A stretch of DNA of 63,715 bases, filler included, from Reticulomyxa filosa (lineage: Eukaryota; Protista; Foraminifera): NCBI GenBank assembly GCA_000512085.1. It is 22 parts of 22 records of this genome, joined end to end, with 100 filler letters (N's around TTAATTAATTAA, not from the genome) between each part and the next. Parts side by side here need not be neighbours in the genome. Positions count along the whole stretch, not along the records: positions 10,824 to 12,722 come from ASPP01002320.1; positions 12,823 to 13,911 come from ASPP01016305.1; positions 14,012 to 15,426 come from ASPP01048720.1; positions 15,527 to 20,743 come from ASPP01011285.1; positions 20,844 to 22,767 come from ASPP01027520.1; positions 22,868 to 24,030 come from ASPP01011730.1; positions 24,131 to 26,197 come from ASPP01014325.1; 15 more parts are not named here. One strand, written 5' to 3'. Within the stretch, counting starts at the first letter, position 1; each line of letters starts with the position of its first letter. The position numbers and the translations under genes were made by a program. The notes under the pieces are model-generated. The model worked only from the letters and a program-made list of their open reading frames with translations. It ran no database searches and was not told where the DNA came from. Below are positions 12,511-26,030 of this stretch, piece by piece.

Positions 12511-12822
12511 TTCTTGTATAATAGTTTTTTTTTTAATGACAGCCCAATTGTTAACGACTTACAACACCATGTCTTTTGTTGTATCAAAACTGAAACAAGT
12601 TTAAATGCAAAGAAATAATTTTCTAAACAAATAAATTTTAAAAATACTGCTTCAATTTTTTAATTTTTTTTCATTAGATACAGATTCTTTTACTTGAAAA
12701 AAGAAAAAACTTTGAGCAGTTGNNNNNNNNNNNNNNNNNNNNNNNNNNNNNNNNNNNNNNNNNNNNTTAATTAATTAANNNNNNNNNNNNNNNNNNNNNN
12801 NNNNNNNNNNNNNNNNNNNNNN

Positions 12823-13564
12823 GACGGCAGCGCCGGTGGACTTGCGACAACGCAAAGTGCATCCAGTGCAATGATTAAAGTAGATGGTATTTCAATTACC
12901 AGTGACACCAATACTTTTACTGATGCGGTGCAGGGGCTGACCATCAAAGCACTCCGACAAAGTGTCTCGGCTGAGACTGCCAAAGCGACCGTCGACTTTG
13001 ATCGCGAAAACGTTAATAAACAAATGGATGCGTTTATTTCTGCCTATAACAACGCAATTGACATGATTGATCAGCAATCGTTGTTACCCAGTTCAGCGTT
13101 GTATCGCGACCCTACCGTTAGTTCAATTAAAAGCCAGATGTTTGATGCGCTGTCTACCACAGTGGCAGATGCTGGTAAGTTTCAGACTGTGTTTGACATT
13201 GGCCTCGCGTTGAACAAAGACAATAGGCTGGAAAAGAAAAAAGTTGTACGCAGTCTGAATGATGCGCTGGATACCAATTATGCGGATGTTGGCCGCTTGT
13301 TCACCAACACCGGAGCTTTGTCCGAAACCTTTAATAAGATGCTGGAAACTTACGTTGGCAGTGCCGGTGTGATCAAACAGCGGCAGGACGATGCCAACCT
13401 GGGGTTAAAAGACATCAAAACTGATCGGGAAATTAGATTACCGCTTAGAGGTTATGGAAAAAAATCTGCGTAAAAAGTATTCGTCGCTGGATGTACTGAT
13501 AGCGCAAATGAATAGCACCAATACCTATCTGACGAATCAGTTAGCATCACTGTCGAAAAAATAG
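12823..13564 (+). CDS. fliD: Flagellar filament cap protein FliD, C-terminal part (bacterial; frameshift near 13431)
   Basis: A.IKVDGISITSDTNTFTDAVQGLTI, FISAYN; after a frameshift in an A-run, LDYRLEVMEKNLRKKYSSLDVLIAQMNSTNTYLTNQL* is the typical FliD C-terminus. No introns, balanced GC. Confidence 0.93.
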
Positions 13565-13582
13565 TTGTAATAAGGACCTGTC

Positions 13583-13911
13583 ATTACGGTAACAAAGTCA
13601 AACACTACCAGAAAGAAGCGGTTAAAACCCGCTTGGCCAGTGCTGATCCCCATCAGATTATTTTGATGTTGATGGAGGGCGCTGTGGATAGTATGAAAGT
13701 CGCCATGTTGACAATGGAACAACGTGATTTCGAAAACAAAGCCAAGGCGATGTCAAAAGCATGCAGCATCATTGACTCATTACGCTTGAGCCTTGATATG
13801 GAAGTTGGCGGTGACCTTTCGGACAACTTAGCCGCATTATATTTTTACATGTCACGGCGCCTGATGGAGGCTAATGTTGCCAATGACCAGAGCATGGTAC
13901 AGGAAGTGATT
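13583..13911 (+). CDS. fliS: Flagellar export chaperone FliS (3' truncated)
   Basis: (M)YGNKVKHYQKEAVKTRLASADPHQIILMLMEGA...KACSIIDSLRLSLDMEVGGDLSDNLAALYFYMSRRLMEAN. AAGGA Shine-Dalgarno at ~13572; the start reads AT-TAC, so ATG has probably lost its G. Confidence 0.95.
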
Positions 13912-15603
13912 NNNNNNNNNNNNNNNNNNNNNNNNNNNNNNNNNNNNNNNNNNNNTTAATTAATTAANNNNNNNNNNNNNNNNNNNNNNNNNNNNNNNNN
14001 NNNNNNNNNNNTTTCATTTAAGCAAATTATGAAAAGTTTTTTTTTCATAAATTTGGTTGTAATTTTTTGAGTCAGTTCATTTTGGGGAAGTTTTTTTTTT
14101 TGCATGTTAATAAATGATTATGATTATTTCAACAAACCAAGTCGAATACGTGAAAAAGAGTTGATATGATACTGTCCTGTACTTATTTGGAGCTATACAC
14201 TATCAACCAAATTTAAATGGAACACAAATTTTCTGAACAGAAAACTTCTTGTTTTCCTTTGCAAAAAATGTTAATTATGTTTCAATTGCTTTTTGTCCTT
14301 TTTTTATCATTACAATTACTCAAGTATGTCCCTGATTATTTGGTTCGATCTTCCGCAAATGGCCAGAATGAAGAAGATTTGAAGGGAGAAAAGGAGGACG
14401 TGAAACGACAAAGTGAAAATGACAATGTTGAAAATGATGAAATGGTAAGTAACTAATGGTACTTCTCTTATGTCAATGACTACGGAATAATTTCAAGAAA
14501 AACCATTGCCACTTCCAATGACATTGAAAATGATATGTTGAATATTTGCACAAAAGTACAACTCGCACTTGCCGCTCATTCTCTTAAATCCACAATGCAC
14601 AATTTTGATTCCATTGTTGCTATCAAAAATAATGTAGTAGTTGATGTCTGGAATCTTGAAGGTAGATCTACTGGACATTAACCTTCCTTCTCCTTTTCAA
14701 CTTCATACAATAGGCAATTTTTTTTTTAATGGCTTTCAACATGCTTCGTATGTTGCTTCTTTTATCTAATTTATTTAGAATTCAAATTGGTTTAACTTGC
14801 TTCAAAAAAACTTTTCATTCATTGGATTTTTTTTGCAAATTTCAAGTTTGCTATCAATTCTGCTTTTTTAATTCAAAAAATTTTTACAAAACTGTGTTTC
14901 CATGTTTATCATAAAAAAAGTTTACATAAAGGAAAATAGAAAAGCTTGTGAAATATGCAAAATACGCAAAAAGTAACTAACAAGTTTATCTTTCAATAAA
15001 CTACAAACAACTTAAGTTACTAAATCGTGATAATTCAAGTGCTATCACTGATGAATACATCAAAAAGTAATTAATGTTTAATCAACATAAAACAAGTCAA
15101 AAAACAAAATTAATTCCTTAAAGTTATATACGTTTTAATTTGAACAGTATATACAATCTTAGATTTGATTTATGAAAATATAATTCAAAGCACAGCATTA
15201 AATGTTGCTAGCTGTGCGTTTGAAGAAAATGAATGTAATTGCATACAAATGTGAAAATCAATTTCTAGCAAAGCTTACAAATTTTCACTGTAAATATAAT
15301 AAGTTTTATTCTTTTAAAAAATAATATTATAAAAAGTGTGATGAATGTGAGTTAATCAGAGTATAAATAAAAATTCAAAATTGATATTATTTCGTAAAAA
15401 TGTCTCCAATTGTTGCCGAAGTCAAGNNNNNNNNNNNNNNNNNNNNNNNNNNNNNNNNNNNNNNNNNNNNTTAATTAATTAANNNNNNNNNNNNNNNNNN
15501 NNNNNNNNNNNNNNNNNNNNNNNNNNCTTCCCCTTCCCTTTGCTAAAACAAAATGATTATTATTATATAAAAAAAAACAAACAAACAACAACATGATGCA
15601 TAG

Positions 15604-17683
15604 ACTTGGACGAGATCTTGGTGAGTGGGGTATGCAACAACTCACAAACGGTCGTGGTCGACACGTACAACATAACGAACGGCAAGTTGCTACACAGGAA
15701 CACATTTTCAGTATATGACGTAATGCCATCTCTGTCGTCGAAAGTCAACTTTGGCTATATCCCTTGCGAGGTGTCCATCAGTGCCCCGCCGAACGGGCTG
15801 ATCTTCAATGAGACCCACGAAGAGTTTTACTATCTGTCAGTCAGTCACTTTGTGTTTACTGGCATCGCTAGAGTCGATTTCACAAGTTAAATGGGTCAAA
15901 AGAGGGGTTGTGTGTTTTTTTTTTTTTAAAAAAAAAAAAAAAAGAAAGTTCCCCTCCTTTGTTTCCCCCTTTCTTTTTTTTACTGCAATGTTACGCTATT
16001 ATAAAAATACGTGTGCACATGTGTATACACATATATACATTTAACATATATGTATGTGTGGCTAACTAGGCACAAGGCAGGCCAAGATCAATTGGACAGC
16101 CAACACATTTACGAACCCATCAATGTTTATTCACAAAGGCGTGGTGGCGGATAAATCGAATGGTGTGGCGACCCTGTTGGACCCCAAATATTTTGATTTA
16201 GTGGCCGGCCAGGCGAAGCATTTGACGAGATACGAGTTTGAGCGCAAGAAACTGGAAGGGTGGGTGGAAAAGACAAACTACAGCGAGTTTGTGTGGTATG
16301 GACAACACCACAAAGTGAACTTCCATTACGACTGGAGCTTGGCCATAGACACTATCGCGTACAAACACTTGTACGTGATCACTACGCCATTTGAGGTCCC
16401 TTCTGGCGAGTCGTTCATTTCCCAGCACAACATTAGTAACGGCATTTACTCCGCCGTGGCCACCGTTCCGTTTGCCGCCCTTGACCTTTGCGTCACCGAA
16501 GCCGGACGCATCTTTGCTGTCGGCTTCCAATTCCGAAAGTCCGATGACTCGTTTTATCTTTTCCAAAGACACGCCTTGGTCACCGTCTTAAATGCACAAG
16601 GCAATAACTCGCTTTGCGGAGGCTGTCGCACCATGTATTATGGCTCAGATTGCTCCTATCTCTGTGATTGTGAAGTTAAATTAATAATTAACACAAATAA
16701 ATAAATATGCATATATGTATATATTATATATGTATATGTATATAATATATATGTTTATATATATGCATGTTACATGTTGACTGGATCAAATTCAAAGTAA
16801 ATATGTACAACTTGTTTTTATCCAATGTTTGAATACCATGATGACCGCATTCACCCACAAACTATACTGCTGTATAGAATGGATATTGCAATGATGATTT
16901 AGCTGGAGATGGTGAATGCTACTGCACTTTTGCCACTTATGGAGAAACATGCCAGCCCTGTATGTGTGGGTTGACCACAGGCATTTGTAATGCGGGCCCC
17001 ACGGGTGATGGCTTGTGCAAAGTGTGCTATGATGTAGTTTTATCCAAGACAGAACAATCCATTAGTAAAAAATATTTGTGTGTTTGCATCTCTTTCCCCT
17101 CTCCCCTCCCTCCTCTCTCCTCTCACCTTTGCTCTGTGTATGTGCATATATCTTCTTAGGCTGGCCAACCACATTTGGTCCCTTGTGTAGTAATCAAACC
17201 CATTGCAATACCACGTTTGGTTTGAGTGATCCTCGTGGAGAAAACGGAACTGATGGCTGCATTTATTGCAACAACAAACTAAATTATGGGAAATATTGCA
17301 ATTTGACGTGCAAATGTGGTTCGCATCAATCCTGTGATAATGGCCCATATGGCTTGGGCTGTCAAGAAGAAGAAAGCGATAGCATGTCATATGGGGGCAT
17401 TAGTTTTCCGTATCAATGGATAATTTATTCCAGCGCCGCTGTTGCACTGTTTTTAGTGTTTTTTTTCATCACGTATAGACAAGCGACCAAGATGTCGTCA
17501 CAGCAATTGCCTTGGTTCCCCCAAAAAAAACTAAAAAAATTCCTACTGTCTACACCTCGTGAAATGTTATTGTCGTTTTTTTTTCCTTTTTTTCTTTCTT
17601 TGAGGGGAAAATGCACGTAGAGATAAGAAGGCTTGTCTTAAGTGTAAGGGCTTGTCTCTTTAAGTACGATTCTATTCATTGGC
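15604..17683 (+). CDS. Type I membrane protein with EGF/laminin-EGF-like Cys-rich repeats (multi-exon, 5' truncated)
   Basis: Exons encode C..C..YYGSDC..CDC, GYCNDDLAGDGECYC..TYGETC, CNAGPTGDGLC, YGKYCNLTCKC, then a TM helix (WIIYSSAAVALFLVFFFIT). 3' end uncertain. Confidence 0.75.
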
Positions 17684-18233
17684 GTGGATCGAGTATCAAA
17701 CCGAAATTCAACTGATATTTTTGCATTTTGTTTCCAATGAATTAGTTTGTATAAAGGACCAAATTTACATTAGTCTGAGGGACAATCTTCCGCGAAGAAA
17801 AATTGCTCTGTTTTTCTATTGCAAAGTAAAAAATGTTTAGTCCCAATTTAGGTATTGTTGCAAACAGATTTTGAAATCTTAATTTTTTTTAGATGATTGT
17901 TTGAATAAATTTTTTCGATAAAGTAAAAACTCTCCAGGTTGGAAAAAGATGAAAATTTTGAAAAATTGATGAAGATAATAGCAAATCCAAATAAAATACA
18001 ATCACGAAGAAGACACTTTTAAATCAAATAGAAAAGAATAACAGCAGAAAAACCTAAAGAAGCACTACCGCAACAAAAAATATAAAGCCTCATCATTACA
18101 ATCCAACAGCTTTTCGCAAAACAACACCTTTGCATTGCTGTAATGCTTTCGTATTTCATCCAAGGATCTTTTTTCTGTACATACGTGACAATCATTATTT
18201 AAATGAAAATATGCTTCCTTAAAAAAAAAGAAC

Positions 18234-20743
18234 TTAACGTGTCTTTAGGATTGTTTGAAGTGTCTCAGTCTTGATGAAATTTCTGCCCACTCTTGTCCAA
18301 TAAATCAATGCAATCCAATGAACAAACCACGCATTCCAAATTGCTTGTGAATGAGAATCAAAATAGCAAATTAGTGGTTGTTGACATTGTATCAGCTTGT
18401 CGGTTAAGGTGTTCAACTCATCGAATTTTTGAATGACGCTTTTGTCATCTGAAAAAGTAGAAGTCAAAACGTTTAAGACATCATTGTCAAAATCTTTGAT
18501 GGACTGAATCTTTTTGGATAATGCAGAAGCAAGCATTTGCAAAATCAAAATGGGTTCCAAAGAATCATTTGGTCTTTCTGGCAAAAACAACTTGAAATTA
18601 GTCTTATCATTTTCGAATATCCATGTCACATCGCCGATATCTGTTGAAAAAATTAAAAAAAAAACAAAGAGAAAACAATAAATAGAACACAAAGCAAAAC
18701 AAGGCACATTCAAGAAAACCTGGATTTTCAATTGCCACAATTAATTTTTTCAACAAATGGGCACTCCAATGTTTATCAACGACATACTGAATTGACAAAT
18801 TTACAGCATAGTTTGGTATAAAAGTGCATGAGTTGCTGTGGCGACATAAACAAAGAATGTTTACAAATATGCGAGAAAAAGAGTCAGGAAAAAAAACAAA
18901 AACAAAAACAGTTCAAACAGGGCATATTCTTGGAAAAGGAAGGAAATCGTGCTGGACATGGCATGACGTATTGGAGCTTCAAAATCTTGAAGTAATTGAA
19001 TGACAATTATCCACAAATCAACCATTCCATCATTGTAGTTCAGAGCCCCTTGCAAGTGGAGTGAGAAAATATTGGAATACTGAATTGAAGTAACACAAGA
19101 GCCACGTAATTCTTCTGCCGTACTTTCAGTGGAAAATGTGTTCAAAACAGATATCCAAGAGGAAAATAGTATCGCTTTGTCTGTGAAATCCTTTTGCGAA
19201 AATGCAAATCCAGTCAACGTTCCCAATAACTCCAGCGCTGCCATACGAGTCGCCAAATGGGTATTCGATGTCACCAACTCATGGATTGATTTCCACAAAT
19301 TATCTAAATCATCCACATTTTTATCTTTTTAAATGAAGCAAAGGAGGAAAACTTTAAAAAAAAGGCTTCATAAATAACATCACTTAAGTTAATAGTTTTC
19401 GATATATTTCCTTGTTTCATTTGGATGATAACTCCAATGAATTTTAATACTAAAGCCATCTTTCGACCCATCCATTTTTCCAACTTCAGCAATTTCAAAC
19501 AAATTTCCAACAAAACGACCCAATTTGCTTTTGGAATTACACTGTGCGAAAAGTGAGTCGCCAGTGATAATAAAAACAAACAAGCAAAACAAAAAAAAAA
19601 AAAAAAATGAATAAATAAATAAAACTAACAAAGTGGAATGATGGGTCAAAATTTCACAAACAGTTTTGCAAAGCGATCGAATGACCAAAGGGTCCCAATC
19701 ATCCAACATCAACGATAGCAACTGAGTAGTTTTGTGTTTTTCCATGCCACAATAAGGAGACAGCAATAACATAGTGGCTAAGAATTGACAAGCAATACTC
19801 CTTAGTTTTCTTCCACCGACCATGAAATCGTGTATATTTTCTTTTCGAGTGATCTGTTCATCCGTCCAATGGGATGACGTTGTCATGGTCGTGTTGGGTA
19901 ACACTTTTTTACGAGATTCGATTGCGCTTGTTCGCACACCAGAATTGTTGGTGCACTCTTTGGATCCCAGTATACGTATGCAAGTCACGCGACACTTGAT
20001 TAGAAAATCGGCGATCTGTTTTTTTTGGCCAATGAGTCGGCTGTCGCCCTTATCATTGGAATTATTTGCAAACACCTCACAAGAAAGCAGTGCCAACAAG
20101 CGATGGCAAATGGAAAAGCATATGGTAAGAAAGGTTTGGATAGCCAATGCAGAGAGATGGTGTAATTGCAAGAGCCACATTTTAGGCAGCAATGCTGGCA
20201 ACACGTTATCAAGGATCCAACATTCACAACCTTTGTTTTTGTTCGAACTGCTACTGCCACTGCTACTGCTAGTGTTAGTGCTGTTGGTGTTAAGCAATGG
20301 CAAGTATTGATAGCACGCGTACAATAGCGACTCAATTTGCAATAATTTCCCGTGCACGTCATTTTGTGAATACTTGGTCCCTTGTTCGGGTAGTGCTTCG
20401 AGGGTACTCACAAGTATTGACAATAACTCGTTTCGTGGAATCAATGACACCAAAGCCCTTTTTTTTCAGACCCATTTGTAAAATCCCCAATTTCTTTTTG
20501 CCGTTATTATTATTATTTTTTTTTTGGAATGTTCCAAAAAATTTAGTATTGTGTTTTATATGTGTATATACAATTGTGAACCTTGCAGTAATGACACGCA
20601 CACGCTCATGTTTGTGTGCGGTACACTTCAACACGAATGGTCTAAATTTGAATCTTTTCCAAAACAAAACAAAATTGTTTGGCAAGGAATTATGTATAAC
20701 TTTGAAGACAAAAGATTGATAAAAATAAAGAGTACATACGATC
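18234..20743 (-). CDS. THADA: THADA/Trm732-like HEAT-repeat protein, C-terminal half (multi-exon)
   Basis: Motifs RVRVITAR, SQNDVHGKLLQIESLL, AEELRGSCV, LWIIVIQLLQDFEAPIR, IFENDKTNF..PE resemble the THADA C-terminal motifs in order. Confidence 0.7.
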
Positions 20744-21571
20744 NNNNNNNNNNNNNNNNNNNNNNNNNNNNNNNNNNNNNNNNNNNNTTAATTAATTAAN
20801 NNNNNNNNNNNNNNNNNNNNNNNNNNNNNNNNNNNNNNNNNNNGTTTGGCAGAATACATCTCGGGTTAAACTTCTTTTTACAACCTGTTTTAATTTATTT
20901 GTTTGTTGAAAATCAGGTTCTTTCAGCAAAAAAAAAAAGCTCTTTTGTATTACATTTAGTGCAAATGGCGGCAGAAGCTGTTACTGCCGTAGCTCAAGTG
21001 AACGTAAACACCAACGCAACTAGCAGCAATGTTTCTTATGTTTGTCAGTCCACACTAAAATGGAAAGGCTGACCACTGAACTTTTGTTGGTTCTTTGACT
21101 AAACACACAAACTCTTTCATCGATCTCAATGTCAAAACCTTTGTCAAGCACAATGTTCAATTATGAGCATCTTGAACCAGCTTGTGAAACACAAGTGAGC
21201 ATTCGTTTTTTGTGTTTTTCTCGTCTTTTTTTTGAATAGCGGGCTGTTTGTAGGGAGATTTTTTAAAGACACCTTGAAATTATTTCATTTAACTAAATTT
21301 TATGAAAGAGTGATCCACTCAAATTTTGTCAATTCGAGCCATTACACAAGTTTTTTTACGTGTCCAATTATGTGTGTACTCATAGCCACTTCTTAACAAT
21401 TGGAGTATACGCGGCTCCAAAACGCGCTAGCATAAGGAATCGAAAGCCATTTTTAATTCTAATAACTGAGGGAAAAAAGAGCTGCACAGCTTGAAACAAC
21501 TAAGGTTTTGTTAGGAACGACGAGGAGGGGGGTAACTCATTGATTTTGAACTCGATTTGCATGTGTCAAAG

Positions 21572-22721
21572 ATGAACGGTCTATTAACGGTAACTTTCAG
21601 TGCTTCGAATACAGTGCGAGGGCCGAAGCCCTATACAGTTTAAATTGTGGTTATATTTCCCCCTTCCTCCCTGTCATCTCTGTTTTTTTTTAAGCCGTTT
21701 CATGTTAAACAAAAAAGATTTATGAAATCGAAGTAAGATCTCCGACAACAATGCCATGGCTGTTATACAAAAGATTCAATGACTTTGTGTTCCTCCATGA
21801 GAACGTTAAGTCCAAACGAAAGCTGCACTGAGAGGAGAAGAAAGGAGAGAAGAGGGGAAGTAAAAAAAAAAGGGGGAGGCAACTTTTAAATCAGAAAGTA
21901 AAAATTTTTTTTTTGAAAAAAAAAAAGCTGGAAAAATTGGTATCAAGTCAAATCGAATTAAAGTCAGTGCAATTACCAAGCTTGCCACCGAAGCAAATAA
22001 TCCGATCATTAGCACCTCAAGTCGTGGCGAAGCGTCAGCGCGAGTTGCAAGCGTACATAACGAAGTTACTGAATGAGCCAAAGCTGCTACGAAATCGCCT
22101 GCTGTTAGACTTTTTAGTGGTTCCGGAATCGCTGCGAGCAATGTTGACACGTCACGACCGGACCAAGACCAAGTCCGTGTTGCAGCGCCGAGCGACAGAC
22201 AGTGCCGCAGTTAGCACTGGGAACAATACTGACGACGATGTTTCCCAGATTAATGAATTGTTGAAAGAATTAGCACTTCAAAAAAATGGGTAAAAAAAAA
22301 AGGGTATACGTATACTATTTTAAAAAATTTAAAAAAATTTGTAAATAATTTATTTTTTTTTTTTTTTAGAGTTCGTGCGATATCAAAGTTTGAACAATGG
22401 TACTTTGAATCGAACCCGAAAATGAGTAGAGAATTGATTCGCCGTTTACTGCTGGGAGACGACACGAACCATGGCTTAGCGTACTCTTGCCGTTGTTTCA
22501 ATAGCAAAGTCGCGTGGAGACAGAGCATCGCGTTGCTGACGAGACTGCTGGATATCGAGCGCAACGAATACGCTATTGCTTTTCGCGAGCAGTTTCTGGG
22601 ACTGGACAAAGGTGTCTACAAAGAAATGGATTTGCACAAAATCATTTCCGACGGCACCACCGACGATGGCTTTCGCATTGTCAAATTGTTGTATGAAAAC
22701 TTGCCACAAATTGATCCCAAA
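21572..22721 (+). CDS. PX (phox homology) domain protein, 3' truncated
   Basis: In-frame exons 21572-21637, 21718-21804 and 21928 onward give PYTIYEIEV..WLLYKRFNDFVFLHENL..LPSLPPK..KRQRELQAYITKLL..LLLDFL. Confidence 0.88.
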
Positions 22722-22867
22722 GTTAACTTCAAACCATGTTTTTTTTTATAAAAAAAAAAAAAAAAAANNNNNNNNNNNNNNNNNNNNNNNNNNNNNNNNN
22801 NNNNNNNNNNNTTAATTAATTAANNNNNNNNNNNNNNNNNNNNNNNNNNNNNNNNNNNNNNNNNNNN

Positions 22868-23705
22868 TTGTTGTTGTTGTTTCGTTTGGGATTCGATTTG
22901 ATCTTTGTCTTCGTTCCGTCTTTTGCAAACTCATATCGCGGGGGCTCGTATGCAGTTCGCTTGGAAATCACCGCATCTCTTTGGAACTTAAACGACTCAA
23001 TGCTGTTGCTTCGCAACACCCAAATGTAGGCAAACATTAGTATAAAAAACAATGCAAATGTCACTTGATACAATCCATTCGAAAACTCAAACACTTTGTC
23101 TCCAGATATTTGTTTCGATTTCTTCGATATGGCGTCGTTAATATGTTGTAACGACCAAATTATCTTTTTTTTTTTTTTTTAATTTTTTTTTTTAATTTTT
23201 TTCTGTCCCTTTTTTTTTTTTTTTGCTCCCTCAGCTCCCCTTTTTCCCCCCCTTTTTTTTCTCAGATCGAAACTGTTATCAAACAAAATAAAGTATAAAC
23301 CACAATCATAATCCCCTGAATAATCAATGGCCAAATTGGCTTCGACTCTCCCAAAACCGCGTAATGTGTACTCAAAATCCGGTTCAATATCGTGACCAAC
23401 ATAACCAACACCAAAAAATCACTCAATGTTTCGAACACATCAAAAAATGACGGAATGCTGGTATTTGCACTGTCGTACTGCAACACCGACAGGCTTTGGA
23501 ATAGTGCCACTACCATCAATGTCAATCGCAAACGCTGAAACCAAGCATAGTGGTGGTTGCCGTAGGTCTCCCCTTGTATCCATGGACCTCGCGCACGCAT
23601 TTTTTTTTGCTTGCGTGCCCACCAAGCAAACGACAAGGCCACTACAAAGATCAAAAATGCAAACACCTCTACAAAAGCAATAAAAATAAGGGTTCCAAGC
23701 TCCAT
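22868..23705 (-). CDS. Multi-pass membrane protein (GPCR-like), spliced, 3' truncated
   Basis: Several hydrophobic helices across ORFs 23262-23741 and 22868-23094. Confidence 0.55.
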
Positions 23706-24130
23706 TTCAACGCTATCTTCCCTGACTTTTCGATATACCAAAAAATGAAGGGGGAAGAGAAAATTTTTTTTTGTTTAACACAAGGGAGTTGTTTTCATTA
23801 CAGCGGTTAAATTTGCCAAATTGCCAAACATGTACCTTTTCATTGAATAATTGTGGTCCATTTTTCATGAGTCTAATGTGAAAACCATATTTTTGCCCTC
23901 CCACAACAAACTACTTATAAAAAAAAAAGAGATTATATTATGATTGAAGAATGCCGCTTTCAATTTATAGATAATTTTTTTCGTAAACAAGAGGAACTTG
24001 CATTCTGAAAAGAATATTCTGATAAGTAAANNNNNNNNNNNNNNNNNNNNNNNNNNNNNNNNNNNNNNNNNNNNTTAATTAATTAANNNNNNNNNNNNNN
24101 NNNNNNNNNNNNNNNNNNNNNNNNNNNNNN

Positions 24131-24866
24131 AAAAAAAGATTTTTTTTTTTTTTATTGATTCGACTCGGAAAGAGTCTTCAATAACTTCAGACGTGGCTGC
24201 TCGTAATTTACTTCTTGCAAGAATTCTTCATTGCCGTAAACGATGGCATCAGTGCTCAAAGTTTTTGGTTTTTTGAAAGTTCAACTGGACACTGGTGACT
24301 TTGGCATCGTCATCAAATGGGCTTGGTCCGTCTATAACTTCGTCACCTATCTCATACTGTTGTGTAGCACTGCCATTGTCTTCATCATCGTCATTTCCGG
24401 CTTCTTTTTCTTCCTCTTCTTCTTCTTCATCTTCGTCTTCGTTTTCTTCCTCTTCTTTCGTTTCATCTCTTATTGGCGTTGAATCTTCGTCCTCGCTTAC
24501 CATATCTTGAACCGAGTCAGGAGACCAAATGGTTGGTACTTTTTCAGGATCATTTGCAACAGGCTCGTCATCACCTTTCTTTTCAATGCCATTGCTTCCT
24601 TTGTTTTTTTGTGACTTTTTTTCGCTCCCGCTTTTCGCTTTATTCTTTGTTGGTGAAGATGCATTGGTATTTGTCAGTGCTATAGTTATTTTACCATTTT
24701 TTTTTTTTTTTTTTATCTTCGTCCTTCCCCTTTTTTTTGTGCAGTGTTTAGTGAAAGAGACACCTGAGTCACTAACGCGACAATTTCTCACGTCCACATT
24801 GCGAATTTCCTTCACATGAGAAGAATCTCCGGCAGGTGCGTTGCAAGTGCATCCAACTAGTCCCAT
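24131..24866 (-). CDS. Hypothetical protein with MGLVGCTC N-terminus and charged low-complexity region
   Basis: 205-aa ORF with Lys-rich and Glu/Asp-rich tracts; possible dual acylation motif. Confidence 0.55.
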
Positions 24867-25279
24867 CCTTACAGCATTGATCTCCGTAAAAAAAAGGAGG
24901 TTTTAAAGGAAACTGTTCAAAGCTCTCCGTTTCAACGTAATTTTATTTAATATTGACAAGGGTTTACACTTTTTATTTCATTTAATTATTTTCTGACAGG
25001 ATTTAGCTAAGGAAAAAAACGACAAAAAATATAAACTCTGGTTTACTCGGTGTACTCTAAAACTGAACTAAAAGTTATTGCCTTAATTAAATTAGATCCA
25101 TATGAAGGATTAGCAGATCTTGTTAATTTTTTTTGCACTTTGCTTACTTTGAACAAGGCTCAGTAGACGTCAGTTTGGAGTGAGGAGGAGAAAAGGCTAA
25201 AATTTGCCCCTTTTTTTGCCTCTGAAAAGCAAACAACAAAAAACAATTTTTCTTAGCTAATTCTTGTCGAGAAAGAATA

Positions 25280-26030
25280 ATGGGAAACACTAATTGTGCC
25301 TGCAGCCGTGACCTCACAGTGGAGGATTTGAAAATTATTGCCCCAAAGGAAAACACAGCAACAGAAAAAAACGGTCAAAAGACGATTGCAGTAGGAACGA
25401 ACACTCCAAGTGAAGACAACAGTGAAGGAATTGAAAGAAGTAAGAGTGGGTCACTAGTGTTGGCGGAAGCCAGCAACGTGTCCAACACAAACAAAGGCGA
25501 TGAAGTGATCATTTGTGACACGTATCGTGTAATCAAGCGCCTTGGAAGTGGGGTCAGTGGTGACGTGTTAGAAGTGGAAGACATCAATGACTCTAAAAGA
25601 TATGCACTGAAGCGATTGGACGTTCAGTATATTTGTGATTTTTTTTTTTTTTTTTTTTTTGTTGTTCTTTTTATCCAAATGAAAAACAATAGCGCATAAA
25701 CGCTTCTCCAAAATTTAAAGGAGGCGGGAAAACTTTTATTGTGTGTAATTTGAATTAACTTTCAAAAAAAAAAAAATCGAACAGCGAAACGACAAGTGGT
25801 CGGATACGTTATTTTTGACGGAAACCAAGCACTTGAAGTTATTAGCAGATCAGTCCCATGTGATCAAGTTATTTCTAAAAAAAGATTTTAGAATTTTTGT
25901 CTTTCTTAAAAATATGCCGTTATATACGTATATATATATACTTTTTGTCCTTGGCCCCTCTTTTTTTACAGGTTGGTTCGAACGCTCACAGATACAAAGT
26001 ACTTATACGTAATAACAGAACTAGGATCAT
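25280..26030 (+). CDS. Ser/Thr protein kinase (CAMK/CDPK-like N-lobe) with MGNTNCAC N-terminus, 3' truncated
   Basis: YRVIKRLGSGVSGDV (Gly loop), YALKRL (VAIK), E.KHLKLL..HVIKL, YLYVITEL across introns 25622-25784 and 25868-25971. Confidence 0.85.

Noticed and set aside
13420-13590. Programmed frameshift in fliD or non-AUG start of fliS
   Set aside because: Both are small indels best explained as sequencing errors in a low-coverage contig.
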